43,280 nt of DNA, taken from a virus. The notes under the pieces are model-generated. The model was not told the origin of the DNA and ran no database searches. It worked only from the letters and a program-made list of their open reading frames with translations. Positions 15,499 to 23,476 of this stretch are shown piece by piece. The stretch covers positions 1 through 43,280 of IMG/VR virus record IMGVR_UViG_3300022204_000001. The stretch is one strand, 5' to 3'. Position 1 is the first letter of the stretch. Every line of letters starts with the position of its first letter. The translations under genes were made by a program, and so were the position numbers.

Positions 15499-17406
15499 TT
15501 ACTCTCCTCTCCTACCTGCTTCTTCGTTAGCTTCTATCTTACCCTTAAAGAACTCAGCCTTCTCTTCTAAGGTGTCTCCTTTAATACGTTGCTTATCTAT
15601 ACCCTTAACGAAGCTGTCAGGTTCACAGATAACATACAACTCTTCCTTAGCACGAGTGACTGCTGTATATAGTAGCTCCCGCTGTAACATAGTAGCATGT
15701 GACTGATGTAGACATAGATATACCTTACGCCATTCAGAGCCTTGTGACTTATGTACAGTAAGAGCATAAGCATGGAGAAGGTTATTAATATCTGCCGCTG
15801 TATCTATAGATATAGTATTACCTGTATCTGTGAGAGTAAGAGTAATTACATGGGAGCCTTTACGTACACGATCATCAGAGTCAGTAGAAGCTACAGCATC
15901 CAGAAGGAAGTCTATGTCAGCATCCGCATTAGATCCACTAGATCTGTTAGCATGATACTCTTCTACGGCTTTAGGATTGTGACCCCAGTAATCTAAGTGC
16001 TTAGACTCAGCTTGGAATCTAGCTCCCGTATAACCTGCATTGATATTAATCTCTGTTATCTCTGCATCTTCCTTATCATATAGTACCTTATCTCCTACAG
16101 AGAAGTAATGCTTGTTAAATCCAGCTACTACTTCATAGGTAGTTCTTTGAGTCTTACGCGCTATATGATTAGCTATATGCTTATTAAGTTCTATAGTACC
16201 GCAGGACTTATTATAAGGTATGAGTATTATATCCTCATCTATATCATATACCTTCTTGTCATAAGCTGCCTTAAAGAACTCAGCTAAAGTTCTAAGAGCG
16301 TCATCGGCTCCTATCTTTTTCTTCCATGCGTGGAGTGTTAGCTGTCCTTCATACTTCCACTTAGGGAACTCTTCTACGGGAATAGCCTTACCTGAGAGTA
16401 TTCTATGAGCTAGTCGTATGATAGGAGACTCAAGAGCCTGACGATATACTTCCTTAAGTTCTACAGTAGGTAGATCAAGAAGTCTATACCCTAATACAGC
16501 AGAGCCAAATACAGGAGGTAGCTGATTGATGTCTCCTAAGAAGATCCATTGTACCTTATGATCTAAGGCCAGCATTATCTCATTGTAGAGTTCCAGAGAT
16601 AACATAGAGGATTCTTCTACTACTATAGTAGCCATAGTTTTAGGTAGAGGATTCTCTTCATTACGACTAGCTAAGAAGCGCATAGTCTTTTTAGTGCTAC
16701 CATCATCATCGAAGACTTCAAAGTATTCAGGAGCATACTCTAGGAGTTTATGAGACGTGATAGCATTAGACTTAAGATCAGCAGGTAGTACCTTACGTAT
16801 GTTATTAGTAGCACGTCTAGTGTAAGCTACTATAACACAGCCTGGAGTTCCTTCCGTTAGATACTTATGTCCATCAGTGCGTAGGAGAGGTATCTTACCT
16901 GTCTGTATAAGAGCTGCTAGAGAGCCTTGCATACAAGTAGTCTTACCAGTACCCGCTGCACCTATAAGTACGCAGGACTGTCCGGAAGCTGCTAGTTCTA
17001 CGAATTCCTGCTGGAGAGCATTATACTCTATTACATTACCGTGCATATCTATATGTCTGGTAACAGTAGGTTCAGGAGAGCTAGTTATTACTTCTGTCCT
17101 ATCACCTTCATGTAAAGCTGCTCTAGCTTCCACCTTAGAGTAATCTGTTTCTACGGTATCATCCGTAGGATACTGTGCTATAGCCGGTGGAGTCTCTGTG
17201 TTAGCTTCTCCTTTCATAGCTGCTAATCTAGCTCTTAGAGCTGCCATCCTATCTCCTGATGGAGCTTGTATAGGTGGTGGAGGTGGAGGTGGTGGAGTAT
17301 CTCTCTTAGCTATAGCTATATCTGCTGCCTCCTGTACTCTAGCTTGCTTCTCTTCCCTAGCTTTAGCTAACATAGCTGCTAGTTTACTTCTATCTATTGT
17401 TGTCAT
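15499..17406 (-). CDS. RecD/Dda-like SF1 DNA helicase with a roughly 130-aa N-terminal extension
   Basis: GAAGTGKTT, VVEESSML, ALTVHKSQGSEW, YTAVTRAKEEL. The N-terminal part has 8 consecutive Pro. Confidence 0.85.
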   Translation of the reverse strand: MTTIDRSKLAAMLAKAREEKQARVQEAADIAIAKRDTPPPPPPPPIQAPSGDRMAALRARLAAMKGEANTETPPAIAQYPTDDTVETDYSKVEARAALHEGDRTEVITSSPEPTVTRHIDMHGNVIEYNALQQEFVELAASGQSCVLIGAAGTGKTTCMQGSLAALIQTGKIPLLRTDGHKYLTEGTPGCVIVAYTRRATNNIRKVLPADLKSNAITSHKLLEYAPEYFEVFDDDGSTKKTMRFLASRNEENPLPKTMATIVVEESSMLSLELYNEIMLALDHKVQWIFLGDINQLPPVFGSAVLGYRLLDLPTVELKEVYRQALESPIIRLAHRILSGKAIPVEEFPKWKYEGQLTLHAWKKKIGADDALRTLAEFFKAAYDKKVYDIDEDIILIPYNKSCGTIELNKHIANHIARKTQRTTYEVVAGFNKHYFSVGDKVLYDKEDAEITEININAGYTGARFQAESKHLDYWGHNPKAVEEYHANRSSGSNADADIDFLLDAVASTDSDDRVRKGSHVITLTLTDTGNTISIDTAADINNLLHAYALTVHKSQGSEWRKVYLCLHQSHATMLQRELLYTAVTRAKEELYVICEPDSFVKGIDKQRIKGDTLEEKAEFFKGKIEANEEAGRRGE

Positions 17407-17424
17407 TGGTGTCTCCGGTGTGTC

Positions 17425-17778
17425 TTAGTCCTTACATTCTAATACTAGAACGGTAGGTATTATATTAAATATAGCGTCAGCTTCTCTAAAAGAGAGTTTA
17501 ACAGTTGTATATGCTTGCTTTCTACGCATCCTAGTAGGGTCAGTATTATGGTATATTACTTGATACCTTATACCATCATGCTTAATAGTTCCTTCTATCA
17601 GACGAGCTAGGAACTCTTCCGTCTGCCACTGGAGAATATAGTAACGGTGGAGACAAGAAGCATACTTATCAGGGAAGTAGAATAGGTTATTCATAACATA
17701 GCGTAGTTTAGTAGGATATACGCCATGCTTACGGTACGCTATTACAGAGTCAGGAGCTACAGGAGTCAGTGCTGGCAT
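17425..17778 (-). CDS. Hypothetical protein (117 aa)
   Basis: ATG overlaps the upstream TAA by 1 nt. Confidence 0.6.
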   Translation of the reverse strand: MPALTPVAPDSVIAYRKHGVYPTKLRYVMNNLFYFPDKYASCLHRYYILQWQTEEFLARLIEGTIKHDGIRYQVIYHNTDPTRMRRKQAYTTVKLSFREADAIFNIIPTVLVLECKD

Positions 17779-18770
17779 TATAATTCTCCTACGGAAGTCT
17801 GTACTGTGTTAGTCTTAACTGCGTTATATCTTACAGCCTGCTTATAGGCTAACTTGGCTCTGATAAAAGATATCTTGTCAGGATAGTTAGCTTGCACAGG
17901 TTCTGTACTAGGAGCCGAATCTACTATAGCTAACATAGCCGCTTCCTGCCTTGTATTATCCGTAGTTAGGAGAGTATAACCACAACCGTCACCGCTATCT
18001 AAAGAGCTTAATCCTAAGAAGTCGTTATGATTAGCTATACCTGTCTTAATGGTTTTCATTAGAGTATGGAAGTGGATAGAGCCAGCTTCTAAGTTCTCTT
18101 CACAATAAGCCTTAAGCTCTAATAGATCCTCCTTAGGTGTAGAGAACATAGCTTCTAAGTTATAACACTTGCGTATAATAGACTTCCAGTTGTCTCTCTT
18201 AGTTACAGGAAATTCGGCGGCCTTATCTGCCCACTCAGCTACAGCAGAGGCTAACTTAATCTGACCTGCTTCTGGCGAGAATATAAGTCTAGAGAGAGTA
18301 TTCTCTATCTTAGTTAGTTTCTCTTGTGCAGAGGCGTAGTCTATACCTTCCTTAAAGTCGTCTATGTTCTTAGCCCAGGCAGCTATCCAGATCTTAATGT
18401 TATCTAAGTTAGCTGTATCTTTACGGATGTAAAAGCGCGGCTGTTTAAATGATGGATGTGCTATAGCATTAGTCTCCCATATAACACGTACTAGCTGTCC
18501 TATGTTAGCTGCTATAATAGAGGAGGTAGATGTAGATACTTCCGTAGGTACTACAAACTCTACAGCATCAGTAGAATGTAAGAGAGCTACGAATAAGAGA
18601 TAAGCGTCTATGTCTGTAAGCTCTCCTTTAGTATAGATAGAGTAGAGGCCTAAGAGACGTTTCTGAGGCATAGAGAATATAGGATGATTATACTCTCTGT
18701 TACGTAGTGTCATTGGTATATGATCACATTTAAAAGGTACATTAGATATACCGCATAAGATTTGTGCCAT
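17778..18770 (-). CDS. Hypothetical protein (330 aa)
   Basis: ATG start. No motif recognised. Confidence 0.7.
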   Translation of the reverse strand: MAQILCGISNVPFKCDHIPMTLRNREYNHPIFSMPQKRLLGLYSIYTKGELTDIDAYLLFVALLHSTDAVEFVVPTEVSTSTSSIIAANIGQLVRVIWETNAIAHPSFKQPRFYIRKDTANLDNIKIWIAAWAKNIDDFKEGIDYASAQEKLTKIENTLSRLIFSPEAGQIKLASAVAEWADKAAEFPVTKRDNWKSIIRKCYNLEAMFSTPKEDLLELKAYCEENLEAGSIHFHTLMKTIKTGIANHNDFLGLSSLDSGDGCGYTLLTTDNTRQEAAMLAIVDSAPSTEPVQANYPDKISFIRAKLAYKQAVRYNAVKTNTVQTSVGEL

Positions 18771-18824
18771 TATATATTCCTATTAGAGACAAGCTCTAGG
18801 TAATGTATCAGTTGTATCATAAGT

Positions 18825-19103
18825 CTATTGTTGTATAGTTGTTGGAGCGTTATGCTTACGTGGAATCTTATTAGATACCTGTGTATCTCCACTAGCCTTT
18901 TCTATCCTGAATAATCCTTTAGGTAGATTAAGTCTTAAGTCTACGATAGCACCAAAGTTACCGTTTCTAGCTATCTCTGAGTAACCTACCCGTAGACCTT
19001 CATTATCGTCTATAGAGATAGAATGAGAGAAGCCATTAGGTGTATCATATATGTTATGAGTTATCTTGTGAGTTACCTGTGTCTGTGTCTGTGCCTTATA
19101 CAT
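18825..19103 (-). CDS. Hypothetical protein (92 aa)
   Basis: ATG start. Confidence 0.55.
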   Translation of the reverse strand: MYKAQTQTQVTHKITHNIYDTPNGFSHSISIDDNEGLRVGYSEIARNGNFGAIVDLRLNLPKGLFRIEKASGDTQVSNKIPRKHNAPTTIQQ

Positions 19104-19104
19104 A

Positions 19105-19332
19105 TTATACTCTCCTAGCTCTGTGTTTAATCCAGCGAGTTAGGTAATCTAAGTGAGCTGAAGGGCCATCTGTACGGACTGTGAGCTTAAACCCTGCATC
19201 ATCTACTAGCTTTATTAGCCCTATTGAGTCGGAACTATCAATAGGAGTCGCTTCATAGAGCTTATTAGGTGTAAGATCTACGATACTAGATGCCGCTAGT
19301 TTAGCTTGACTTAGTTTGAAATATACTTTCAT
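19105..19332 (-). CDS. Hypothetical protein (75 aa)
   Basis: ATG start. Confidence 0.55.
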   Translation of the reverse strand: MKVYFKLSQAKLAASSIVDLTPNKLYEATPIDSSDSIGLIKLVDDAGFKLTVRTDGPSAHLDYLTRWIKHRARRV

Positions 19333-19343
19333 AATGTAGTTCC

Positions 19344-19481
19344 TTATAGAGTAGTATTGTCGGTGGTATTATCGGTAGTATTATTATCTGTGTTATCAGT
19401 ACAATAGATTACATGTAGTATAATCATAGCGTATATTACAGGTAACAGTGTTATCAGTTGCAAGAATGATATAAGAGTCAT
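19344..19481 (-). CDS. Small ORF (45 aa): hydrophobic N-terminus plus DNTT repeats
   Basis: ATGA overlap with the stop of 19478..19918. It overlies a 12-nt periodic DNA repeat, so it may instead be regulatory DNA. Confidence 0.35.
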   Translation of the reverse strand: MTLISFLQLITLLPVIYAMIILHVIYCTDNTDNNTTDNTTDNTTL

Positions 19482-19918
19482 ATCATATCTGCTTCATACG
19501 CTGCTTCTTCTTCTGGAGTCATAAGATCATTAACGTACATATGTTCCTTAGCTGCTGCTATCTGAGACAGGTCACAGGAGTTAGGGTCTTGTAAGTATAG
19601 ATTATAACAGAACTGATTACGTGCTATCTTATCTACCGAAGCAAGTCTAGTGCTATCTACTTCACCTAAGAGCTCTAGAGTAGTAAGTTTAGGGCTAGTA
19701 GTAAATGCTGGCTCTATAGCATAGTTCTGTATCTTAGCTAGAAAAGGTGCCAGCGTCTTTATAACTGACTTAGATATATCTATATCTTGTCTATCCACGC
19801 CCTCATAGTCTGATAGGTGTAACTTAGAGAGCCGTAGAATATGTGCTATCTGAGCCGCTGTAAGAGAGGGTCTATACTTCTGTATAGGAGTTAAGGGAGG
19901 TGTCATAATATTGTCCAT
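19478..19918 (-). CDS. Hypothetical protein (146 aa)
   Basis: ATG start. Confidence 0.6.
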   Translation of the reverse strand: MDNIMTPPLTPIQKYRPSLTAAQIAHILRLSKLHLSDYEGVDRQDIDISKSVIKTLAPFLAKIQNYAIEPAFTTSPKLTTLELLGEVDSTRLASVDKIARNQFCYNLYLQDPNSCDLSQIAAAKEHMYVNDLMTPEEEAAYEADMI

Positions 19919-20277
19919 CCTGTATTGTATCTAGTTTGTCCGAATTGTCTAGGATTCTTAACTGCGTGACTATATCTAAGATATGTCTTACCTAGTGCCC
20001 AAGATATAAAGGTATCATTAAGCTCTGTCACGCTCTGTGACCTATAGCCTAAGATGTCATCTGCTATAGCTCTTACTTTAGGCATAGAGATATAAGCAAG
20101 ATAAGTGTATCCGTTATATGTATTTACTAGAGATAGTGCTACATTATGATGAAAATCATAGGCGCGAGATATAGCTACGATAGTATACGTGCTACAATGT
20201 ATAGTGTACGGTATAGGTGGAGGTATTAGAGAGCTAGCTCTATCCACCAGTTCGTGCGAGCTTGGGTAGGGTGTCAT
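19903..20277 (-). CDS. Hypothetical protein (about 124 aa)
   Basis: The first ATG (MTPYPSS) is at 20277. The track start at 20367 is a TTG lying inside the iteron/promoter DNA. Confidence 0.5.
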   Translation of the reverse strand: MTPYPSSHELVDRASSLIPPPIPYTIHCSTYTIVAISRAYDFHHNVALSLVNTYNGYTYLAYISMPKVRAIADDILGYRSQSVTELNDTFISWALGKTYLRYSHAVKNPRQFGQTRYNTGWTIL

Positions 20278-20344
20278 AAGTTGTATTCCTATGTAGGTTA
20301 TATTTTTCTGTAATCTAATAGCTACGAGAGCTATATTGGCATAG

Positions 20345-20802
20345 CCGACAAACTGACAAAATGCCAATGGTATATACTATCATAGGTGACCCCCATACGT
20401 CAATCACTATCTACTCTATACCGTAGCAGATAGGACTAGTAAGATATAGGTATAGGAGATAGTATGTATCTAAGGGAGCTATATAGTATATCTATAAGGG
20501 AGATAGCTATATAGTATAGTAGTATCTAGGGTATATGTGTATTCTAGAGGATGTATGTATATTTACCCCCCACTTAATTAAATATATATTTATACATACA
20601 TACTAAGATAGAGATAATAATACATAGAGATAAGATAGAGAGATAAGGATAATAATAGATAGAGATATAGATATAAACAAGCTACTACGAGAGATAGAAA
20701 CATAGAAGTTAGTTATAGATAGAGAGCGAAATATACACACCGGAATAGGCCACAAAATGCTATTGTCGGATTGTCGGATTGTCGAAAATGACATCCCGAC
20801 AA
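20345..20802. repeat. Iteron set: CCGACAA-nn-TGACAA (20345-20359) versus 3x ATTGTCG[G/A] (20762-20785) and CCGACAA (20796-20802)
   Basis: Read directly. The left and right sites are in inverted orientation around about 400 bp of non-coding low-complexity DNA. Confidence 0.8.
20374..20403 (-). promoter_or_regulatory. Sigma70-like promoter candidate with extended -10
   Basis: Minus strand reads TTGACG-N18-TAGTAT, and the spacer ends in TGA (TGn). Confidence 0.45.
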
Positions 20803-20850
20803 ATTGATAGAGAGAGTAGAAACTAATGGAAACAATAAAAGGCGGACAGT

Positions 20851-20884
20851 AAAAAGCTCCCTAATCATTAAGACTTAAGGAGCT
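20851..20884 (-). terminator. Intrinsic terminator candidate after 20944..21642
   Basis: Stem agctcc/ggagct plus 3 inner base pairs, followed on the minus strand by TTTTT. Confidence 0.45.
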
Positions 20885-20943
20885 AAGATTGTTACCAGTA
20901 GAAATTAGAGTATTTAAAGTTACCTTGGACTAATGAGTGAGAC

Positions 20944-21642
20944 TTATAAATCTAGATATTCGGCTACATTTACAGGAGTTTTCATCTTCGTAAGTTTGTC
21001 AATTACTTTAGCAGTTATCAGCTCATTACGATCAAATCCAGTATCTAATTCTGCTACCTTATCGATTGCAATGAGTAACTTATCAGCTTCTTCTACCGAA
21101 TAAGATACAAGATTAGAAGCTAGTCCAGAATATTTAGTCTTATAAACTGCCATAAAATTCTGCACCTTCTGAACTTCTGCCGTCGTAGGATTCGCAGATA
21201 TTCCTAGTTTATCAGCAAATAAAACTGTTAGCGTATCAGCTAAAGAATTATCAAACCAGTTAGATAATACTTCTTTATTAATCCTTGCGCTGGAAGTTGC
21301 TGTACTTTCTAAGCTGGTAATAATTGCCTCTAAGGAGATTGACTCAGGACTAACAATAGAATCATCTGAAATATGGAAGTCTTTAATCATTCTGTCCTGT
21401 TCAGCTTCCAGCATAGCAATAATATGTGGAACTAGCTTTTCTGTATTATCCAGAACCTCTAAGCGAGATAATGGTTCTACAAGTAAGCAAACATTATTGC
21501 CAGCTTTTACGCCAGTTTTCATATTAGTCTTATACATAACTTTAGCAGTTCTGCGACCGGCTTCGGAAACTGGTGCTTTAGGATCGTAAGATATAAAAGT
21601 GTAAGAGCCTTCTGTATTAATTCCGCGAGTGAGAGTATTCAT
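20944..21642 (-). CDS. Hypothetical protein (232 aa), stand-alone transcription unit
   Basis: ATG start. Flanked by 100-bp and roughly 580-bp non-coding regions. Confidence 0.7.
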   Translation of the reverse strand: MNTLTRGINTEGSYTFISYDPKAPVSEAGRRTAKVMYKTNMKTGVKAGNNVCLLVEPLSRLEVLDNTEKLVPHIIAMLEAEQDRMIKDFHISDDSIVSPESISLEAIITSLESTATSSARINKEVLSNWFDNSLADTLTVLFADKLGISANPTTAEVQKVQNFMAVYKTKYSGLASNLVSYSVEEADKLLIAIDKVAELDTGFDRNELITAKVIDKLTKMKTPVNVAEYLDL

Positions 21643-21742
21643 AATTAATATTCCTATAATATAAAGGTTAGTAATAAGCGATACAGGATTGTATCCAGTA
21701 AGATACTAGCTTTATGCTAATACCCTACAAGCTAAAATCTGT

Positions 21743-21970
21743 CTAATAACCCATTTTAATAAAGGCATCCTTAAGACTTGTTACTCTCAGAATACTGTGA
21801 CTCAAACAACCTGTTTTATAGTTCCATACTGGCATGAGAATATACATTTTATCCCTGTGAATAACACAACTATATCCGTGACTAGTTATATGTCGGGCTG
21901 TTACTTTCTGGATAGGTGTTAGTATCTGGCCCTGTGTGGTAGTGTGTACTTGTGTGCGCGTTATATTCAT
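21743..21970 (-). CDS. Hypothetical early protein (75 aa)
   Basis: ATG start. Confidence 0.55.
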   Translation of the reverse strand: MNITRTQVHTTTQGQILTPIQKVTARHITSHGYSCVIHRDKMYILMPVWNYKTGCLSHSILRVTSLKDAFIKMGY

Positions 21971-21973
21971 ATC

Positions 21974-22216
21974 TTACCCCTCACCCGCTAGTTTTCGGGC
22001 TATTAGTAGGTCGGTAGCGGTAGCGTAGTTATAGGTTCTATTAACTCCAGCAGTATAAGCTATGCGGGCCGCGATAGTAGCAAGGCAATTCTTACTACTA
22101 TCGCCAGTGGTGCGGGCGTAAGCACTGTTCAATAATCTAATGGCTAGAATAGGGTGATTGTTATCAGCGGCTATTCTAGCTAGTGCTATCAGGCGACTAG
22201 TGGTTGAGGTGGTCAT
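21974..22216 (-). CDS. Hypothetical early protein (80 aa, helical, Ala-rich)
   Basis: ATG start. First gene of the minus-strand arm. Confidence 0.55.
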   Translation of the reverse strand: MTTSTTSRLIALARIAADNNHPILAIRLLNSAYARTTGDSSKNCLATIAARIAYTAGVNRTYNYATATDLLIARKLAGEG

Positions 22217-22260
22217 AGGTGTATCTCCTGTCTGGTTGTCTATCTAACTATCTAACTATA

Positions 22261-22290
22261 ATACTAGCATATAACTACCCGTAGTTGTAA
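22261..22290 (-). promoter_or_regulatory. Sigma70-like promoter candidate for the minus-strand arm
   Basis: Minus strand reads TTACAA-N18-TAGTAT, and the spacer ends in TGC (TGn). Same -10 hexamer and spacing as the candidate at 20374-20403. Confidence 0.4.
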
Positions 22291-22623
22291 GAGTTTAATC
22301 ATATAAATCTTATGGGCACATCAATAAAACTAATGACTAACTACTAAGACGCACATCTTACAATCCCATCACCCTATTACTACCTACTACTATACCTACA
22401 TACTAACATTCTTATATTACTATATTACTACATTAGAATATTAGCGACGGGGGTGGGAGCCTTTTTACTTCTATGATTTGCGTGTATCCTATAACGGCTT
22501 CTCAAATTTCCTAAACTTTTCCCTAGATACCCTAGTAATAACTTATCCCTAAGAGTTAGGAGATAGCAGATAGATTAGATACATATCCCCCGGCGGGTTT
22601 ATACTAGCCTGCTCCTTATATTA

Positions 22624-22632
22624 TGGTATTAT
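22624..22632 (+). promoter_or_regulatory. Extended -10 element candidate for the plus-strand arm
   Basis: TGGTATTAT lies about 40 nt upstream of ATG 22673. No good -35 element. Confidence 0.3.
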
Positions 22633-22672
22633 AAATACATATTCTCTACGACTCTCTGAGGGAGGCACTGTT

Positions 22673-23257
22673 ATGGGTACAAGTATTAATGAGCGTGCGC
22701 TGTCTCTATTAGGCGCAGGTGTTCCACAGGAGAATGTTGCCTCCGCTGTAGGAGTAACTCCTGGCTACATATCACAGTTACTGTCAGATGAGAACTTTGC
22801 TAAGCAAGTAGTCCAGCTAAAGTTTGAGGCGCTATCTAAGCACACTGAGCGCGATGCTAGTTATGACGCTCTGGAAGATAGTCTAATAGCTAAACTAGGT
22901 AAGTCATTACCTCTTATTATACGGCCAGCAGATATCTTAGGTGCGATACGTATTATTAATGGAGCTAAGCGGCGCGGACATGACTCACCAGATAGCCTCG
23001 TATCTCAGAGTAATATAGTATCTATAACTATGCCTACTCAGATTATACAGCAGTTCACAACTAATATAGCTAACCAAGTTATTAAGACTGGTGAGCAGGA
23101 CCTTAGAACTATGGCTTCTGGAGATTTATTGAAGAAAGTTCCAGCGGAGTTACCGGCGCCAGAACTTGCGCCTGCATCCGCACCTGCAGCTACTAAGAAA
23201 TCTACAACTGACTATAACTCCGTGCTAGAAGGAGATTCATTACTAGCATCACTATAA
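22673..23257 (+). CDS. HTH DNA-binding protein, small-terminase candidate
   Basis: GAGGGAGG SD. N-terminal HTH-like VASAVGVTPGYISQLLS. Lies just upstream of TerL. Confidence 0.5.
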   Translation: MGTSINERALSLLGAGVPQENVASAVGVTPGYISQLLSDENFAKQVVQLKFEALSKHTERDASYDALEDSLIAKLGKSLPLIIRPADILGAIRIINGAKRRGHDSPDSLVSQSNIVSITMPTQIIQQFTTNIANQVIKTGEQDLRTMASGDLLKKVPAELPAPELAPASAPAATKKSTTDYNSVLEGDSLLASL

Positions 23258-23296
23258 GCTATACCTATAAGGAACCTGCATCTACAGGCGGAACTT

Positions 23297-23476
23297 ATGA
23301 CTACTACACAACCTAAACATAGAACTACATTAAAAGATTCATTGCATACGACTAAAGATAAGTTAGCTGCTCAGAAAAAACTAATCACTCTAGCTGCATT
23401 ATTAGATACTCATGTTATAGATGTGGGAGATATAATGTCTAAGATAGAAACTAAGAAGAAAGAAGTTGAAGTCTAA
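23297..23476 (+). CDS. Small ORF (59 aa)
   Basis: Not in the track. Its TAA overlaps the TerL ATG (TAATG). Confidence 0.45.
   Translation: MTTTQPKHRTTLKDSLHTTKDKLAAQKKLITLAALLDTHVIDVGDIMSKIETKKKEVEV

Noticed and set aside
20467-20520. Resemblance of the TATAG-containing repeats to T7-type phage promoters
   Set aside because: The match is limited to TATAG, and no single-subunit RNA polymerase gene is present.
20603-20794. 63-aa minus-strand ORF in the non-coding hub
   Set aside because: It translates the GATA/TATCT low-complexity tract (SLSI repeats). It is a compositional artefact.
20944-21642. Impression that this gene is more AT-rich, with different Lys and CpG codon usage (foreign origin?)
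   Set aside because: I could not quantify this reliably by hand. It needs a codon-usage/GC3 calculation before being claimed.
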